Part shown: piece after piece, positions 61,001 through 64,000 of the stretch
How positions within the stretch are numbered: position 1 is the stretch's first letter
Layout: each line of letters starts with the position of its first letter
Source: Christensenella sp.
GTDB lineage: Bacteria > Bacillota > Clostridia > Christensenellales > CAG-917
Assembly (NCBI GenBank): GCA_022009775.1
Contig: CP091723.1
Coordinates: 1,029,121-1,093,120 of the forward strand
Direction: 5' to 3'
Length of the DNA stretch: 64,000 nt
Program-made: the position numbers and the translations under genes
Notes under the pieces: generated by a model
Database searches by the model: none
What the model was told of the DNA's origin: nothing
What the model saw: the letters and a program-made list of their open reading frames with translations, nothing else

Positions 61001-62242
61001 TCAGTCTATTGTCACCGTGCTGCCGTTTCTTGAAAATTTCGTCTCGAAAAACGCTTTGACGCAGTCGTGCATTTTGTCGATGTCTTTCGCGCCCACCGTT
61101 TCCACAGCCGAGTGCATAGCAAGTTGTGCAAGACCTATATCCGCCGCGTTCATAGACAAGTTTGCGCTTGTCATAAGCCCGATCGTGCCGCCGCAACGCA
61201 CGTCGGAGTGGTTGCAGTAGTCTTGACGTTCAACGCCCGCTTTGTCAATGATTGTCTTGACGATTGCGCTTGACAGCCCGTCCGTTGCGTAGTTGACATG
61301 GTGCTTGATCACGATGCCTTTGTTGAGGTACACTCTCTGTTTTGGATCCATTTTTTCGGGGAAGGCAGGGTGTATAGCGTGGGCGTTGTCGATTGAAAGA
61401 ATAAAACCGTTTTCACATGCGGACACAAAGTCGTCTTCGTCCTTGCCGAGCGCGCGGGTTATCTTTCTCAGCACGCGTTCAAGAAGTGCGGAGTTCGCGC
61501 CTTGTTTCGTTTCGCTTCCGATTTCTTCATTGTCGAAACAGCATGCGATAGCAATATTTTTCGGCGTGCAATCGCAAAGAGCAAGCAGAGAAGTGTATAC
61601 GCTTGTCAAATTGTCTATGCGCGGTGATGAAATAAATTCTCCGTTTGCGCCGTTCTTGTACGCTTCGGTGGCAGGCACGACGTAAAGGTCTGCGTCAACC
61701 ACGTTCTCGCTCGTGAGTGTGGAATACACGTCCTTGGCATCGCCCAAAAGCGGCAACATATCCTTTTGCACGCTTACGGAGAATCCGTCGTTGACTGTGG
61801 GGTTGTGGTGTATCGCAAGGGACGGTATCGTGACGAAGTAGTCGCTTTCGACCACTTTTTGAACGAGTTTGCCGTCGTGCTCTTCGATGATTCTGCCTGC
61901 GATTTTGAGCGGCGCGTCGATAAAAGAGTAAAGAATAAGTCCGCCGTATTTTTCCACGTTCACGCGCTTGCCTTCGCACGAGTCGACGAGTTCGTTGCCC
62001 TTGACGTGCAAAGACGGCGAGTCAGTGTGGCTTCCTGCAATGTTGAAGGCAAAATTGTCGCCCACAACAAACGCTATCACGCAAGATCCGTTCTTGGTGA
62101 CGTAATATTTTCCGCCTTTTTGAAGTTTCCACGCATCCGCAAGATTAAGCTCGCAAAATCCGTGCTTTTCAAGAATGAAAACGCTGTGTCTCACCGCATG
62201 GTACGCCGTGTATGATTTTGACAAAAAACTGCAAATATCCAT
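61001..62242 (-). CDS. M18-family aminopeptidase (second, divergent paralog)
   Basis: 413 aa. Contains NIAGSHTDSPSLHVK, CFDNEEIGSETKQGA and MHSAVET. Confidence 0.8.
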   Translation of the reverse strand: MDICSFLSKSYTAYHAVRHSVFILEKHGFCELNLADAWKLQKGGKYYVTKNGSCVIAFVVGDNFAFNIAGSHTDSPSLHVKGNELVDSCEGKRVNVEKYGGLILYSFIDAPLKIAGRIIEEHDGKLVQKVVESDYFVTIPSLAIHHNPTVNDGFSVSVQKDMLPLLGDAKDVYSTLTSENVVDADLYVVPATEAYKNGANGEFISSPRIDNLTSVYTSLLALCDCTPKNIAIACCFDNEEIGSETKQGANSALLERVLRKITRALGKDEDDFVSACENGFILSIDNAHAIHPAFPEKMDPKQRVYLNKGIVIKHHVNYATDGLSSAIVKTIIDKAGVERQDYCNHSDVRCGGTIGLMTSANLSMNAADIGLAQLAMHSAVETVGAKDIDKMHDCVKAFFETKFSRNGSTVTID

Positions 62243-62354
62243 AAATATCGGTCCTTGTTGAGTGTTATGTTATAATAATAATCCGTATTAAAGATAAAAT
62301 CAAGCACGAAACGCCACGAAAATCCGCGACCTTGAAACAACGAGATAAAATTTG

Positions 62355-62383
62355 TTGCAAAATACCGAAAAGTGTACTATAAT
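62355..62383 (+). promoter_or_regulatory. Putative promoter ~130 nt upstream of tRNA-Ser
   Basis: TTGCAA (62355-62360), 17 nt spacer, TATAAT (62378-62383). Confidence 0.5.
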
Positions 62384-62431
62384 AACCGAGCAATATATGT
62401 TGAACGCGTGTCAACGCAACACATAAATAAC

Positions 62432-62453
62432 TTGGAAGTGTATCGAAGTGGTC
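62432..62453 (+). repeat. 22 nt duplicate of the tRNA-Ser 5' end and upstream TT, lying inside the tRNA leader
   Basis: TTGGAAGTGTATCGAAGTGGTC at 62432-62453 is identical to 62515-62536. CGCAACACATAAA is also duplicated (62415-62427 and 62489-62501). Confidence 0.9.
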
Positions 62454-62516
62454 GTGGCAACACGCACGGCGTGCCATTATGCCCACCTCGCAACACATAA
62501 AACGACAAACCTATTT

Positions 62517-62607
62517 GGAAGTGTATCGAAGTGGTCATAACGGCCCGCACTCGAAATGCGGTAACGGGGTAACTCGTTCGTGGGTTCGAATCCCACCGCT
62601 TCCGCCA
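62517..62607 (+). tRNA. tRNA-Ser (anticodon CGA), class II, CCA encoded
   Basis: Manual fold. Acceptor GGAAGTG/CGCTTCC. Anticodon arm CCGCA-CTCGAAA-TGCGG. Long variable arm. T-arm GTGGG-TTCGAAT-CCCAC. Ends GCCA. Confidence 0.9.
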
Positions 62608-62616
62608 TTAGTGAAT

Positions 62617-62659
62617 AATACGAACCCTGACGATAAGTTAGAGTTCGTATTGTTCTTTT
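62617..62659 (+). terminator. Intrinsic terminator after tRNA-Ser
   Basis: 9 bp stem AATACGAAC / GTTCGTATT with a 17 nt loop, followed by GTTCTTTT. Confidence 0.6.
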
Positions 62660-62784
62660 CTAACGAATATTTCGGCATAAAAGTCGATTTGAACGGCAAA
62701 AAGAAGAATCAGCCGGGCGTTTAATCGCCCGCCAAAGTGTCTTGAAGTTTTTCAAGAATTCTACGTTCGCAAACTCAATAGCGG

Positions 62785-62813
62785 TTGAAAAATTTTAAGA
62801 AGTGTGCTATAAT
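62785..62813 (+). promoter_or_regulatory. Putative promoter of the R-M genes
   Basis: TTGAAA (62785-62790), 17 nt spacer, TATAAT (62808-62813). Confidence 0.5.
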
Positions 62814-62823
62814 ATAAAAAAAT

Positions 62824-63786
62824 ATGGAGGCATACGGTGTGTATAATCAATTCATAACAGCGGCGTCGGATTTAGTAACCACGTACGAACAAACAAGGGC
62901 AGGATTTCTTAGCATTGCTCTTGAAAAAAATATGATAAGTGACCCTTATGTAAAACGCGCATTGGCCTTTAAAGCATTAGTTGCAAATACTACCGGACCT
63001 GATGATTTAATTGAGATGACAGAAGTTAGACCTTTTATGCTTACCGCATCGGGTTTATCTGACAAATCTATGCAATATCTTTCGGAGACGGATAAAACAA
63101 ATGCGATAATGGAATTAGTAGAAAAATTCTTAAAACCAGCAGGAACTAATTATATTGATGAGGTAATCTATAGATATCTTTTAATAAAAGGTGATGCTGT
63201 TGGTGGAACTATGCGTAATAGAATTGGAGCTTTAGGACAAGAACGATTAATTAGAGCCTTAATTTCGTGTATGAATGTAATGGGTTTTGATTATAAATGG
63301 TTGTCAAATAGCAGTTGTATTTGGCAGGATAAAAAAGACAATGATTTAGGTATAGAAAAAGATTTAAAAGCGATATATTGGAATAATGGATATGAGGACA
63401 GGGTATTAGGATTTAATCTTAATATCCCCATAGTTTCAAAGAATGTTGATATTTGCCTGTTTAATGCTACAACATCTTTATACAACAAGGGTAAGATAGT
63501 CTCAATGCCGCAATGTACACTTATGTTAGGAGAATTGAAAGGCGGTATTGACCCTGCTGGTGCTGACGAACATTGGAAAACTGCCAATACTGCACTAGGA
63601 CGTATTCGGACTGCATTTCATAATGCAAATTTGCCAATAAAAACCACATTTATAGGAGCAGCAATAGCCACAGCTATGTCAATTGAGATATATCAACAAT
63701 TGTCTGACGGCACATTGGATAATGCCGCCAACTTGACAAATTTAAACCAACTGACGGATTATTGTAACTGGATATTAACAGTATGA
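62824..63786 (+). CDS. Putative type II restriction endonuclease (XamI/SalI-like family, from my recollection of the GELKGGIDPAGADEHWKTA region)
   Basis: 320 aa in a markedly AT-rich segment. Its stop overlaps the start of a methyltransferase-like ORF (ATGA). An alternative in-frame GTG start at 62839 lies 8 nt after GGAGG. Confidence 0.55.
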   Translation: MEAYGVYNQFITAASDLVTTYEQTRAGFLSIALEKNMISDPYVKRALAFKALVANTTGPDDLIEMTEVRPFMLTASGLSDKSMQYLSETDKTNAIMELVEKFLKPAGTNYIDEVIYRYLLIKGDAVGGTMRNRIGALGQERLIRALISCMNVMGFDYKWLSNSSCIWQDKKDNDLGIEKDLKAIYWNNGYEDRVLGFNLNIPIVSKNVDICLFNATTSLYNKGKIVSMPQCTLMLGELKGGIDPAGADEHWKTANTALGRIRTAFHNANLPIKTTFIGAAIATAMSIEIYQQLSDGTLDNAANLTNLNQLTDYCNWILTV

Positions 63787-64000
63787 AAGAGAGTGATATG
63801 CAATTAAGCATTTTTGATAATGATAACTGCGATAATGACGAGTATTTGGTTAATTGTTTTTCTGCGGGGTCGTTTTGTGATGATTCTGAGCGAAAGGCTT
63901 TAGAACGTCGCTACTCTAACAAATTGAAAATAACCACTAAATTTAATCGCCAAAGCGTTAGTTATCAATTAAGTAAAAAAGATGGGTTACACAGCTGGTT
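63783..64000 (+). CDS. Putative DNA methyltransferase, N-terminal fragment (runs off the window)
   Basis: My translation is MKESDMQLSIFDNDN...FNRQSVSYQLSKKDGLHSWF. The SVSYQ.SKK...HSWF pattern resembles the N-termini of R-M methyltransferases. Translationally coupled to the upstream ORF. Confidence 0.45.
   Translation, partial: MKESDMQLSIFDNDNCDNDEYLVNCFSAGSFCDDSERKALERRYSNKLKITTKFNRQSVSYQLSKKDGLHSW

Overview
This 64 kb window is a chromosomal segment from a Bacillota (Clostridia-like) genome, judged from gene content and order. Genes called on the two strands do not overlap, apart from short coupled start/stop junctions. Left to right it contains: a partial XRE/transmembrane regulator, ispDF, an S4-domain protein, rpoB-rpoC-metK, recD2-comFC, secA-prfB-tsaD and tRNA-Ala(CGC). 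Next comes a ~10.3 kb glucuronide/hexuronate utilisation island (AraC regulator, uxaC, uxuA, SDR reductase, eda, kdgK, GH2 beta-glucuronidase-like enzyme, GPH transporter). It is followed by a flotillin, pckA and a minus-strand operon of a tandem AAA+ (CbbX/SpoVK-like) ATPase plus two YbjN-like proteins. After a 3 x ~189 bp tandem repeat array comes the complete S10-spc-alpha ribosomal cluster (rpsJ to rplQ, including secY, adk, map, infA, rpoA). The window ends with ttcA-like, fba, three aminopeptidases, tRNA-Ser(CGA) and an AT-rich restriction-modification pair cut by the window edge. The most interesting signals are non-coding. (1) A ~270 nt hairpin- and pseudoknot-rich element (R) occurs twice as a direct repeat bracketing the hexuronate island beside tRNA-Ala. 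Each copy ends in a copy of the tRNA-Ala 3' end followed by its own intrinsic terminator, and no integrase is visible. (2) The three tandem ~189 bp units upstream of the S10 promoter conserve four hairpins through compensatory changes and carry an SD-preceded mini-ORF. Caveat: at least 16 reading-frame breaks sit at homopolymer runs, several in essential ribosomal protein genes. The assembly therefore very likely carries homopolymer indel errors, and I do not call pseudogenes or fusions from them.
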